Assembly (NCBI GenBank): GCA_030390025.1
Contig: CM059432.1
Location: 52,826,001-52,890,000 of the forward strand
Reading direction: 5' to 3'
Source of the DNA: Squalus acanthias
Lineage: Eukaryota
Length of the DNA: 64,000 nucleotides
Shown here: piece by piece, positions 23,701 through 35,700 of the stretch
How positions within the stretch are numbered: the stretch's first letter is position 1
How the letters are laid out: each line of letters begins with the position of its first letter
Program-made: the position numbers and the translations under genes
The notes under the pieces: model-generated
What the model saw: the letters and a program-made list of their open reading frames with translations, nothing else
What the model was told of the DNA's origin: nothing
Databases searched by the model: none

Positions 23701-26700
23701 TAGAAGTAAAATTGAAAACCCTGTGTTTATTGTTGTGACTCCTCCCACTACAAAGGTGGGATAATAAAAATAGTTGGAAATTGTGCACAGGACAACAGTT
23801 GCAATTTTGATTTTATTGACCAATGCCTTGATGTGTGTTGTGAGTCAGCCTTTGATTGATAAGCTTTAGGGGACTATCAATATGGTAACTAGCAGTGCAA
23901 CTGCTGTTTTTGCTCTATAGCGAACTAGCAATAAAGGACAGACATTTGCTTCAGCATTAAGAAAATAATCTTCACAGCAATAGCTAAATGATGATTGAGA
24001 TTCCCGTTAAAACAAAATCCAAGTTACACAACCGTTGTTTCTTTTCCTGCTGAAAATCAGGTCCAGAGATGCGTGCACATTGCATCCGTGATAGCAACAC
24101 GGCATATACAGCAAACGTGTGCAGATGCCATTGATGGGTACAAACATATCTCTGGACCTCTATTCGTAAGAAATCATTGGGAAATTTTGGGGTTTCCACC
24201 CCTCACATTTGGGAGGAACATTGGTTTTTAACCAATTCACAACCTGAAAAAATATCTAGGAATTTAACCAGTGGAAATGAGCTAAAACTGATTTGAGTAG
24301 TTCCTAACTATATTACTGCAGTTTGGATTTGGTGTCGTCCAAAAAGGGGAAAAATAAACTTTGGCTAGATAAAATGTTTTCAGTTTTGCATTTTGCCTGT
24401 AGACTTTCAGACTTCCAATACCACCCCATAATTGAATCAGCTCTTTCTGGGTCTCAGACCTTCCTTTGTGGTTTACAGAACTAGAGTTACCAAGCCACTT
24501 CAGCTTCAACACTGGGCATGTGCCACACATCAAAAATTAATACACAAGTTAGCTTACAGTAGAGATTTCTGCAGTGTTGATTTTCTGTTTTCGAAGTTCA
24601 TTTCTTAGGTGAGTTTCCTTTGCTGTAGCTTCGTTTGCTTGACCTAAAGAAGATTTCAATTTCAGTACTTAACCTGCAAAATATTTAGTTACTACCTCTC
24701 CAATCACATTTTAAACAATAGCTTAAAGTGGTGAACAGTTTAGGGGATATTAATGAATCGTAGACTGCCTGCTCCCTGAGATAATCATAAATTACAAGAT
24801 TACCAATTGGTGGAAGCAGTTTAACACTCAAGGGTTAGATGGAATGTTGGCCTAGCTTCTATATGCATCACATTTTTGTAAGATAGGGTGGTCGCATTTT
24901 ACAGAGCCCAAAATGGAAAGAGAAGACGACGGGGCTAGGCTCAGAGCTCCAGGTGATTGCTCGTCGTCGAACATACACCAACCCCCAGTGGACTCCAGTT
25001 ATCAACACCAAGAATAAACATTGACAGTTCCCCTCAAATAAAATCTGTAAACAACTCAACTCTAGCTGGCAACGACAGCATAGAGGTTATGTTACTGGAC
25101 CAGTAATCCAGAGGCCTGGACTAATGATCCAGAGACATGAGTTCAAATCCCATCACAGCAGCTGGGGAATTTAAATTTAGTTAATTAAATAAATAAAAAG
25201 CTTGCATCAGTAATGGTGACCATGTAACTACCGGAATGTCGTAAAAACCCATCTGGGTCACCAATGTCCTTTAGGGAAGGAAATCTGTTGTCCTTCCCTG
25301 GCCTGGTAAGGTCCCTATATGTTGACTCTCAACTGCCCTCTGAAATGGCCTAGCAAGCATTAGTTGTACCAAACCGCTACGACAAGTATAAGAATAAAAA
25401 AACTGGACGGACCAACAAAGGCACGCCCAGCCCCGTCGACCCTGCAAAGTCCTCATCACTAAAATTGGGAGAGCTGTCCCACAGGCTAGTCAAGCACAAG
25501 ACTGAGGGTTGGAAATTCGTTATAGCCAAGAACTGGGCAGTGTTTAGACTAAAAATGGTTAGGTAGTGCCAGGCGAAAATCTTCTAGACTGCACGCAAAA
25601 TTCATCCTCAGTCCTTATTAAAATGATTGCAGTCATGATTCTAGTCTAAAAACAAGCTCACTGGCGTTACACTGAAAAGATGGACCAATGTCGGGTGTTG
25701 GCTAAACTCAAGTAATGATTGCCACCGGCTTTTTTCACTACTTAAAGGGGAGGTTCATTGATGCTGCAGCACCTCATTCAGCATTGTTGGGTGTGCAGCT
25801 GCCTCAACAACCATAAGGAGGAGGACAAGGATGGCAGATCGCCACCCCAGAGAGAGAGCCCGGAGGTTTTTGCATGAAGCTTTGGCTTTAGTGGTGGAGA
25901 GAAGGTGGGCGGTCCTGTACCCGCCAACTGGCAGGAGGCCCTCGCCACAAGTCTGCCAGACTATGTGGAGGGAGGTGGCACACCACGTCACGGGCAACAC
26001 TGTGGTCCTCAAGACCCACACCCAGTGCAGGAAGAGGTTTGACGACCTCACACAGGTGGTCAGGGTGAGTGAAAGCTTGAACAAATGCTACATGCCACCA
26101 TCTGTACCACAAGCTTCACACACTGCTCAATGCACCACACCCCCAGCACTTACCCAACAACAATCTCTACCTAGTAACACTCACATCTCTCACACAATGG
26201 CAGCTATTCAACTATGTCAGGCACAAGGGTCATTAGTTATTAGAATTCATGTCATGTGTGATGTTTATAGATAAATTTATTAAGTGTGTTTGGAATATTT
26301 TGTGGTCTCTCATTTCACCCTTTTGTCCAGGAGGACGCTATGATTTGCCATGAGACAGGGATTGTCTGATGGGGATGTGGTGAGCTACAGGGATCTGGGG
26401 TTTCATTCATGTGAATCGGAGTCTGATGAGCCGGTCACGGACAGCCCGTGCAGAAGGCGGATTTTGTCTTGCTGCGTCACCCTCCCTCCTGTTCCTCCTC
26501 TTCCTTGTTGTCCTCCTGAGGTAATCCTGCAATCCCCATGACTGTGAGGAGGTGTTGTGAGCAGAAGCCTTTAACATATAATGAGTGACTTCTGCTCTTG
26601 AATCAACACTCCCCGTCACCAAAACAACTTGAAATAACTAAAAAGAACTGTTTCAGTTGCAGGAAGGAGCAAACAGGCACTGAAACTGCAAAACCCTGTC

Positions 26701-29700
26701 AGGTACAGCTGATTGGGGATGGTGCCTTTAAATATCGCTGCTGCAGCCTACTTCCTGCTGGTAGACGCCAGCTCTTCCTGTCGTTGTTCTGCGCTGCCGT
26801 TAAGGCAAGTGGTTAAATCCAATGTTGGAGATTGGATGTCCAGTGAGCACACTCACTGGACGTCATAATCTCCATGATGGCGAGGTCCCTGGCGATCGAG
26901 TTTACCGGCAGCGCTACCGGCAACACCGATATGGCGTGCAGCGCCGGAACCAGCATCAGCTGTCGTTACAGCCGTCAACTGTGTTTTAGCGCCATCTTGT
27001 GGCGCTAACCACATGAATTTCTAGCCCTGACAGTCATACTCACAGAATCATACCTTTCAGCCAACATCCCAGACTCCCACGAGAGGTGGCGGCACAATGG
27101 TATACAGTTGGGAGTGCGTGGCCCTGGGAGTCCTCAATATTGACTCCGGACACAATGAAGTCTCATGGCTATCAGGTCAAACATGGGCAAGGAAACCTCC
27201 TGATTACCACCTACAGCCCTCCCTCAGCTGATGAATCAGTACTCCATGTAGAACAGCACTTGGAAGAAGTACGGAGGGCAGTAAGGACATAGAATGTACT
27301 TTGCATGGGGGACTTCAATATCCATCACGAAGAGTGACTCGGTAGCACCACTACTGACCACGCTGTCAGTGTCCTGAAGGACATGGCTGCCAGACTGGGC
27401 TTGCGGCAGGTGGCGAGAGAACGAACACGAGGGAAAAACTTACTTGACCTCATCCTCACCAATCTACCTGTCGCAGAGGCATCTGTCTATGACAGTATTG
27501 GTAAGAGCACAGTCTTTGTGAAGACGAAGTCCCGTCTTCACACTAAGGACACCCTCCACCGTGGTGGTGTGGCATTACCACTATGCTACATGGGCTAGAT
27601 TCAGAATAGATCTAGCAACTCAAAACTGGGCATCCATGACGTGCTGTGGGCCATCAGCAGCAGAATTGTATTCCACCACAATCTGTAACCTCATGGCTCA
27701 GCATATCCGTCACTCTACCATTACCATCAAGCCAGGGGATCAACCCTGGTTCAATGAGTGTAGAAGAGCATGCCAGGAGTAGCACCAGGCGTACCTAAAA
27801 ATGAGGTGCCAACCTGGTGAAACTACAACACAGGACTAAACAGCGTTAAACAATCCCACAACCAACGAATCAGATCAAAACTCTGCCGTCCTGCAACATC
27901 CAGCCATGAATGGTGGTGGATAATTAAATAACTAACGGAAGAAGGTGGCTCCATGAACATCACCATCCTTAGTGATGGTGGAGCATAACACTCAAGTGCA
28001 AAAGACAAGGCTGAAGCTTTGGAACCATCTTCAGCCAGAAGTGCAGAGTGGATGATCCATCTCGGCCTCATCCTGATGTCTCCACCACAGAAGCCAGTCT
28101 TCAGCCAATTCGATTCACTCCACATGATATCAAGAAACGGTTGAGCGCACTGGATACAGCAAAGGCTATGGGCCCCGACAACATCGCGGCTGCAGTGCTG
28201 AAGAATTGTGCTCCAGAACTAGCCGCGCCTCTAGCCAAGCTGTTCCAGCACAGCTACAACATTGGCATCTACCAGACAATGTGGAAAATTGCCCAGATAT
28301 GTCCTGTTCACAAAAAGCAGGACAAATCCAATCTGGCCGATTATCGCCCCAGCAGTCTACTCTCAATCATCAGCAAAATGATGGAAGGGGGCGTTGACAG
28401 TGCTATCAAGTGCCACTTACTCACCAATAACCTGCTCAAGGCAGCTTTAACAGAAGAGAAACAAAGCATATTTCACACTTGTAATACTGTAATCAGTTCT
28501 CATTTAAATCTGAACAAGATAAAGGACCATAAATTATTTGGACTGTTGGAAGTATTTTTCTAATTTTCAGTTGTTGGATCTCTCGCCGTCTGGAAATGAT
28601 TTCACTGATCTCCACTTACTATTGTACATCCACATACAAAGATCAACTGCTGCAATACTTCTTCGCCAATTAAAAATAGAAAGCAAATTCCTTCCTCTGT
28701 GCAAATTCATGTACGACATAAATATTAATGTATTCATATTGCGGCTTACACTTCATTTCACCGATTAGTTGGTTTGTGGTATCAAACAAACTCCGGTATG
28801 CAACAATGGATTGGGAGAGCTGGTCCTTCTCTTTGGTCAAGGTTGTCATCTGCTGCTGTTTCTTAAAATCTGTGAAGAAAAAGATCATCCACATTACCCA
28901 TTTCTATATTCCAAATTAAATCTCACGAGGGAGTGCGCATTAATTTTTGAAAAAAATGATTCTGTTTCTCAATTTTGCATCAGCTTTTTTTAAACTGCCG
29001 ATTTTGTGAACCAATTAGAATGTGGGCATTGCAAAAACACAAGGCAGGATCCCCATTGTAAATTACATTTTGGCTAAACTGGACTTTTCAGCATTTGAGT
29101 CTCAGCAAGATTTGCAATTGTTAATCTCAAGTAACTACTAAGTGTCCTCTTTAAATAATGTTAAATAAAATCCATTCAGATTTAGATTAAGTTTAGTTTT
29201 TCCTCATGAGCTGTACTGAACTATAGCAAAAGAGGGAGAAATTGGGTACCTTTGCGCCTCCAGGGGGCAATAACGGGGCACTAACCACTTACTGCCCAGA
29301 CGCGGCGAGAATATCGCCTCCAGCTAAATTCGGTGGGAGATTTGCGGCGGAGGTATGGCATTGCTCCCCGATCCCCTTCGCCCGGAGATAGTGACGTCAT
29401 CGCCGTGCGCATTGCCCTGGTCCCGTACTTCGGTTTTGCCCCCTGCAGCATCGCCGGGCGAAAACACCGGCAGCTGCAGGAGGTGTTCATCGGGAGGCCG
29501 GGTGTTTTGGGAGCGATACTTAAAGGCGAGGTGGCCAAGGTAGGGAAAAAAAAAATCATCAAATGCTTGTTCTGTTTTTTTTGCTTTTTCCCCCAGCGCT
29601 TGATCAGCCCGGCACTCTACTGCAGTGCATCGGGCCGGATCACGGTTGCTATCGGGGACCAGGTAATTTGCTTTATTTGCAGAGCCTGCAGCGATGGCCC

Positions 29701-32700
29701 TTCCCTTTAAGGGAGGGAAGGAGCCTTCCAACGTGGCAGCGCTGCACGGCCCACACACCTAAACGCCCCGCCTGCTGCGCCACAAGAAGGAAGCGGAGCG
29801 CTTGATTTAGTGCTCCACTTCCTTCCTGGTGTGCAAATCCGAATTTTTAAAAGTTGAGAAACATTAGCACCTGGCGCTAATTTTTTCAACTTTTAAAAGT
29901 TAGCGCCCCAAACGGGGCTATAATGAATTTCTCCCCCTAAGTCTTTCTCTACACCTGCCACTTACCCGCCATCAAAGAGTTAGCAACTTTAGAATTATAT
30001 TATGTCTTTCAATAGTTTAGGTTCATTATGTAACAAATGTCATAAATAGAAGATAAAAGTGAGATAACCTGGCTGGCAAAATTTCAGTACATTCTGGTTT
30101 TCAAAATAATAAACAAAGTTACACTTGATAAAACTATGACCAAGAAAATATTTTTATTGTTGTAAATATAAAAAAAAACTAAGCACTAAAGTTTTAGATT
30201 AGCCATTTCCTTTATGCCCAACACTACTCTAGCTGAGATCAGCTGGTTCAGTACAAGTGATCAATTGAACCTGGAACCTTCCTGTCATCTACCGTTCAAG
30301 ATGACATCCGGTGGTATAATTTGTCCATCTGTGACTCCTTACTCTCACACTGCTTATTTTTCCGGCTCTGATATGATGAAAGGACCGAGTCAACCTCAAG
30401 TAGGTTTAGACAGGTAACAGTGACAATAAGCCACAGGATTCCAAGTTCCGCTAGGTAGTTAACCAAGCAAAACATAGGTAGGTTGCTGTGAGGCTTACCG
30501 TTATAAAACATAAAAGATAAAATGTATGGAGGCAAAGGATTCCTCTTGCCAGGTGTTGAAATGATCGGTTCAAAAACCAGCATATATTCAGTACTGTCTC
30601 TGCCAGGACTGTTTTCTGCCAGCACCAAGCTCTATTAAAAAGGAATAAAAATAAAAGATCAGTTTTCAAAGATTAGCAAATAATTTATGTACATTAACAG
30701 TGAAATTATAGGAGCAGGTATGGTAGGAAATCATTTTATACTGATGCAACACATTTTTTTTGACCAAATAGACTTTGATTGCAAAGGAAGTCAAAAAAAG
30801 GACATGATTCAACATTATCTGAGCAGGAGTAGGCCATATGGCCCTTCAATCCTGCTCCGCCGTTCAAGAAGATCATAGCTGATCTTTTACCTCCACTCCA
30901 CTTCTCTGCCCGATCCCCATAGAGTCCAAAAATCTATCGATCTCAGCCTTGAATATACTCAACGACTGACCATGCACAGCCCTCTGGGGTAGAGAATTCC
31001 AAAGATTCACAACCCTGAGTTAAGTAATTTCTACACATCTCAGTCCTAAACAGCCAACTGCTTATCCTGAGACTATGCCCCCTAGTTCTAGAAGATTCAG
31101 GACTATCAATTAATTTCATAAGTGAAAATGCTAATTCAATTTCATAGAATGGTTACAGCACGGAAGGCGGCCATTCGGCCGGTTGAGCCCGTGCCGGCTC
31201 TCTGCAAGAGCACTTCAGCTAGTTCCACTCCCCTGCCCTTTCCCCATAGCCTTGCAAATTTTTTTCCTTCAGGTACTTATCCAACTCCCTTTTGAAAGCC
31301 ATGATTGAGTCTGCCTCCACCACCCTTTCAGGTATTGCATTCCAGATCCTAACCACTCGCTGAGTAAAAAAGTTTTTCCTCATGTCGCCTTTGGTTCTTC
31401 TGCCAATCACCTTATATCTGTGTCCTCTGGTTTTCAACCCTTCTGCCAATGGGAACAGTTTCTCTCCATCTACTCTGTCCAGACCCCTCATGATTTTGAA
31501 CACCTCCATCAAATCTCCTCAATCTTCTCTGCTCTAAGGAGAACAACCCCAGCTTCTTCAGTCTATCCACATAACTGAAGTCCCACATCCCTGGAATCAT
31601 TCTTGTAAATCTTTTCTGTACACTCTCCAAGGCCTTCACATCCTTCCTGAAGTGCGGTGCCCAGAATTGGACACAATACTCCAGTTGAGGTCGAACCAGT
31701 GTTTTATACAGGTTCATCATAATTCCACGCATTTGTACTCTATGGGCTGGATTTTCATTGACCCGTGGAGGCGGGTTTGGAGGCGTGTGGGGGGTTAAAA
31801 TTGCGAAAACTGGCGGGTGGGCACAAGTCCGCCTGCATCCCGCCTCCACGCAATTTTCATTAAATCGTGTCTGCTGGTCCCGACTCCGTCCCGCCTTTAA
31901 GAGGCGGGATAGGTTGTTAAGGCCCTTAACAAGCACTAAATTAGCTCTATGCCATTTTGAAAGGCCTTTGTGATTTTAACCCTTGTTATACGTGAAGCAC
32001 GCCTGTTCTGAACCATGATTGTGAAACCTGGCGGGAGCACATTTGGATATGGATAGTTGACGCTGGCTGGCTGGCTGTGGGGATGGATGGATGGAGGAGG
32101 AGGAGACATATCTGGGAGTGATGGTGTAAAAATATCTGGGCGCAGACTTAGGACTGCTGCTGCTCATTTTGCAGATCCTCTCACAGCAAAGGCCAGGCAG
32201 TGTTTGAAGACCTTCAATGCAGCAGCAGCAATGATGACATCATCAGAGGCGACTTTCAGACTGAAAACACTAATTGGTTCATGGGTTCCCACATGCTGGA
32301 ACTCATTTGCCCAATTAGGTGAAAATTGCATCAATCTCCCACATCCAATTGCAGTCGGGTGGATAACACGAAAAGTGGATGACACGACCCCAACCCGCCC
32401 CAGTATCAAAATCCAGCCCTATACCTCTATTCTATTGCCGATCTTTCATTGTTGCTGGGTCAAAACCCTGGAACTCCCTCCCTAACAGCACTGTTGGTTA
32501 AACAAGATTTGCCTTTAACAAATCCGTGCTGGCTTTCCTTAATTAATCCACACTTGTCCAAGTGACTGTTAATTTTGTCCCTGATTCTTGTTTCTAAAAG
32601 CTTCCCCATTACCGAGGTTAAACTGACTTGACCTGTAGTTGCTGGGTTCATCTTTACACCCTTTTTTGAACAAGGGTGTAACATTTGCAATTCTCCAGTC

Positions 32701-35700
32701 CTCTGGCACCACCCCCGTTTCTGAGGAGGATTGGAAGATTATGGCCAGTACCTCTGCGATTTCTTCCTGCACTTCCCTCAGCATCCTAGGATGCATTCCA
32801 TCTGGTCCTGGTGACTTATCTACTTGAAGGACAGCCTGTCTTTATCAATTTTTATCCCATCCAGTATCTCCTCTACCTCCTCCTTCACTATGTCTATGGC
32901 AGCATCTTCTTCCTTGGTGAAGACAGATGCAAAGTACTCATTTAGCACCTCTACCATACCCTCTGCCTCCATGCGTAGGTCTCCTTTTTGGTCCCTAATC
33001 GGCCCCACCCCTCCTCTTACTACCCGTTTACTATTTATAGGTCAATAGACGACTTTCGGATTTCCTTTTATGTTAGCTGCCGTTCTATTCTCATACCCTC
33101 TCTTTGCCCCATTTATTTTCTTTTTTACTTCTTCCCTGAACTTTCTATATTTAGCCTAATTCTCAGATGTATTCTCGACACGACATCTGTCATACGCGCT
33201 CTTTTTCTGCTTCATCTTACTCTCCATCTCTTTCATCATCCAGGGAGCTCTGACTTTAGTTTCCCTACCTTTACCCCTAGTGGGAATGTACCTCAATTGT
33301 AGCCGAACTATTTCTTCTTTAAAGGCAGCCCATTGTTCCATTACAGTTTTGCCTGCCAATCTTTGATTCCAATTTACCCGGGCCAGATCAGTTCTCACCC
33401 CACTGAAATTGGCCTCCCTCCAATTAAATATTTTTACTGTAGATTGCTCCCTGTCGTTTTCGATAGCTAATCTAAAGCTTATGATACTATGATCACTGTT
33501 CCCATAAAGTTCACCTACTGACACTTGCTCCACCTCATTCCCCAGAACCAGATCCAGCAATGCTTCCTTCCTTGTTGGGCCAGAAACATACTGATCAAGT
33601 TCTCCTGAACACACTTCAGAAATTCTTCCTCCTCTCTGCCCTTTACTATCCCAGTCTATATTAGGATAGTTGAAGTCCCCCATTAACACTACTCTATAGT
33701 TCTCGCACCGCTGTAATTTCTCTGCAAATTTGCTCCTCCATATTTCTCCTACTAGTTGGTGGCCTATAGAATATACCTAGTAGTGTAATGGCACCTCTAT
33801 TATTTCTCAACTCTTGCCATATAGATTCTGTCCTTGACCCCTCCAGGACATCATCTCTCTCCAGCACTAACACTCTCCTTAACCAATACTGCCACACCAC
33901 CTATCTTTCCTTTCCTATCTTTCCTGAAAACCTTATATCCAGGAATATTTAATACCCAATCCTGCCCTTTCTGGAGCCAGGTCTCCAGTATTGCCACATC
34001 ATCATATTCCCATGTGGCTATTTGCGCCTGCAGCTCACCAACCTTGTTTACTATGCTTTGTGCGTTCACATACATACACTATAAACCTATCTTAGACCAT
34101 CCTGTGCTCGCTCTTAGTCTGACCCCACCTAATACCTTACTATTTCTTACTTTAGTGCTATCCATCTCTCCCAATCCTTGGTGCCTTTTGTTTCACCTTT
34201 CTAATGCTACAGCCTTGGTGCCCATCCCCCTGCCAACTTAGTTTAAACCCTCCCCAACAGCACTAGCAAACATCCCCATGAGGATATTGGTACCAGCTCT
34301 GTTGAGGTGCAACCCATCCGGCCTATACAGGTCCCACCTCCCCCAGAACCGGCACCAATGTCCCAGGAATCTGAAGCCCTCCCTCCTGCACCATCTCTCC
34401 AGCCACGCATTCATCTGCTCTATCCTCCTATTTCTATACTCACTCGCGCATGGGTCCGGGAGTAATCCAGAGATTACTACCTTTGCGGTCCTGCTTTTTA
34501 ATCTCTTTCCTAGCTCCATGAAATCTGCCTGCAGGACCTCATCCCTCTTTCTACCTATGTTGTTGGTGCCGATATGGACCACGACCTCTGGCATTGAATA
34601 GCTTGCACTTATATAGCACCTCAATATGCCCTCAGAAGATCATGATCCCACAAGCAGCAAATGAGATGAATGCCTGGTTAATCTGTTTTTAGGTAGTATT
34701 GGTTGAGTTGAGAATGTTGGACAGAAGTACCCTGCTCTTCATGTGGTATCAGTCCTTTTGGATAAAAAGAATGCAATTAAAAGTTGAGAGATTAAAAAGT
34801 GTAATTCAAATGTACTTGCCAAGTAGAATAAATATTTCACTGGTATTCATCTTTCTATTCTGTCATACTTTCTTTGTTAGAATTTAAATAATGTACACTA
34901 TAGAGGAGTTGGTCCTAGTAAATATTTATTGTGCCCTGCAGAGGTAAAGTGTAGTTTCCATTTTATATTATAGTTTCATTACCAGGCAGATTGCCAATAA
35001 ATCAAATACTCTTAAAGGCTCCTTTGAGATCAAGTAGAATTTTGCTTGGCAGGAAACAGTTCCCATTGGGTGTCATTACATTAAAAAAAGGAAAAGAAAA
35101 CATGGAAAACCCACATTGGCATTTAAATTAATTGAAGACTTCACAAAAGGTTCAAGTTAGATTACTTCATCTGAGATGGATGATTCAGCCAACCAAATAT
35201 TTTTCTACAAATTGCTATAGTAGAAAGAAATTGCATTTATATAGTACCTCTAACTACATCAGTGAGTCCCAAACATAACCAATGAAGTACTTTTGAAGTG
35301 TTACTGTTGTGATATGGGGAAATGCAGCAGCCAATTTGTGTACAGCAAAGGGATAAGTGACTAATTAAACTGAATTAATGATGTTGACTGAGGGATAAAT
35401 GTTGGCCAGGACACGAGGAGAATTCCGCTGCTCTTCAAATTGCACCATGATATCTTTTACATCCACCTGAAGGGGGGTAGATAAACTGAAGCTGGAAAAT
35501 TGGTATAATAGGTACAATGGCCCAGAATTTGCAGTGGGTAATGTCGGCGAACGCTGGCACTACCCCTCTGAAACTGAACGCAACTTCAAGATTTAGCGCA
35601 CGTGCATCTAAATGCGGAAATCTTGAAGTTGCGGTCAGTCATTCACTGTTCCGACACTGGCTGTGGACTGCCCCGCCCCTCCCGCAGCCGAATCAGTGAA

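Larger units (their letters stand above)
25506..27027. mobile_element. Internally deleted PIF/Harbinger DNA transposon
   Basis: TIRs GGGTTGGAAATTC / GAATTTCTAGCCC; perfect TGA TSD; interrupts the LINE frame; contains a Myb/SANT exon and a transposase remnant. Confidence 0.88.
25066..28441 (+). mobile_element. LINE 5' portion (tRNA-like head, AP endonuclease, start of RT), interrupted by a Harbinger element; 3' truncated
   Basis: B box gagttcaaatccc at about 25139; endonuclease motifs ([25 protein letters not shown]); RT N-terminus KAMGPDNI...[12 protein letters not shown]; same family as 2600-4225. Confidence 0.85.

Noticed and set aside
29281..29889. Cluster of overlapping GC-rich ORFs and a CpG-island-like patch
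   Set aside because: Lies wholly within a TIR-bounded MITE; high GC explains the lack of stops; no recognisable protein
34800..35070. Possible extra SMCHD1 exon in the long intron
   Set aside because: No open frame with suitable splice sites; exons 44639-44791 and 30499-30631 already join in frame
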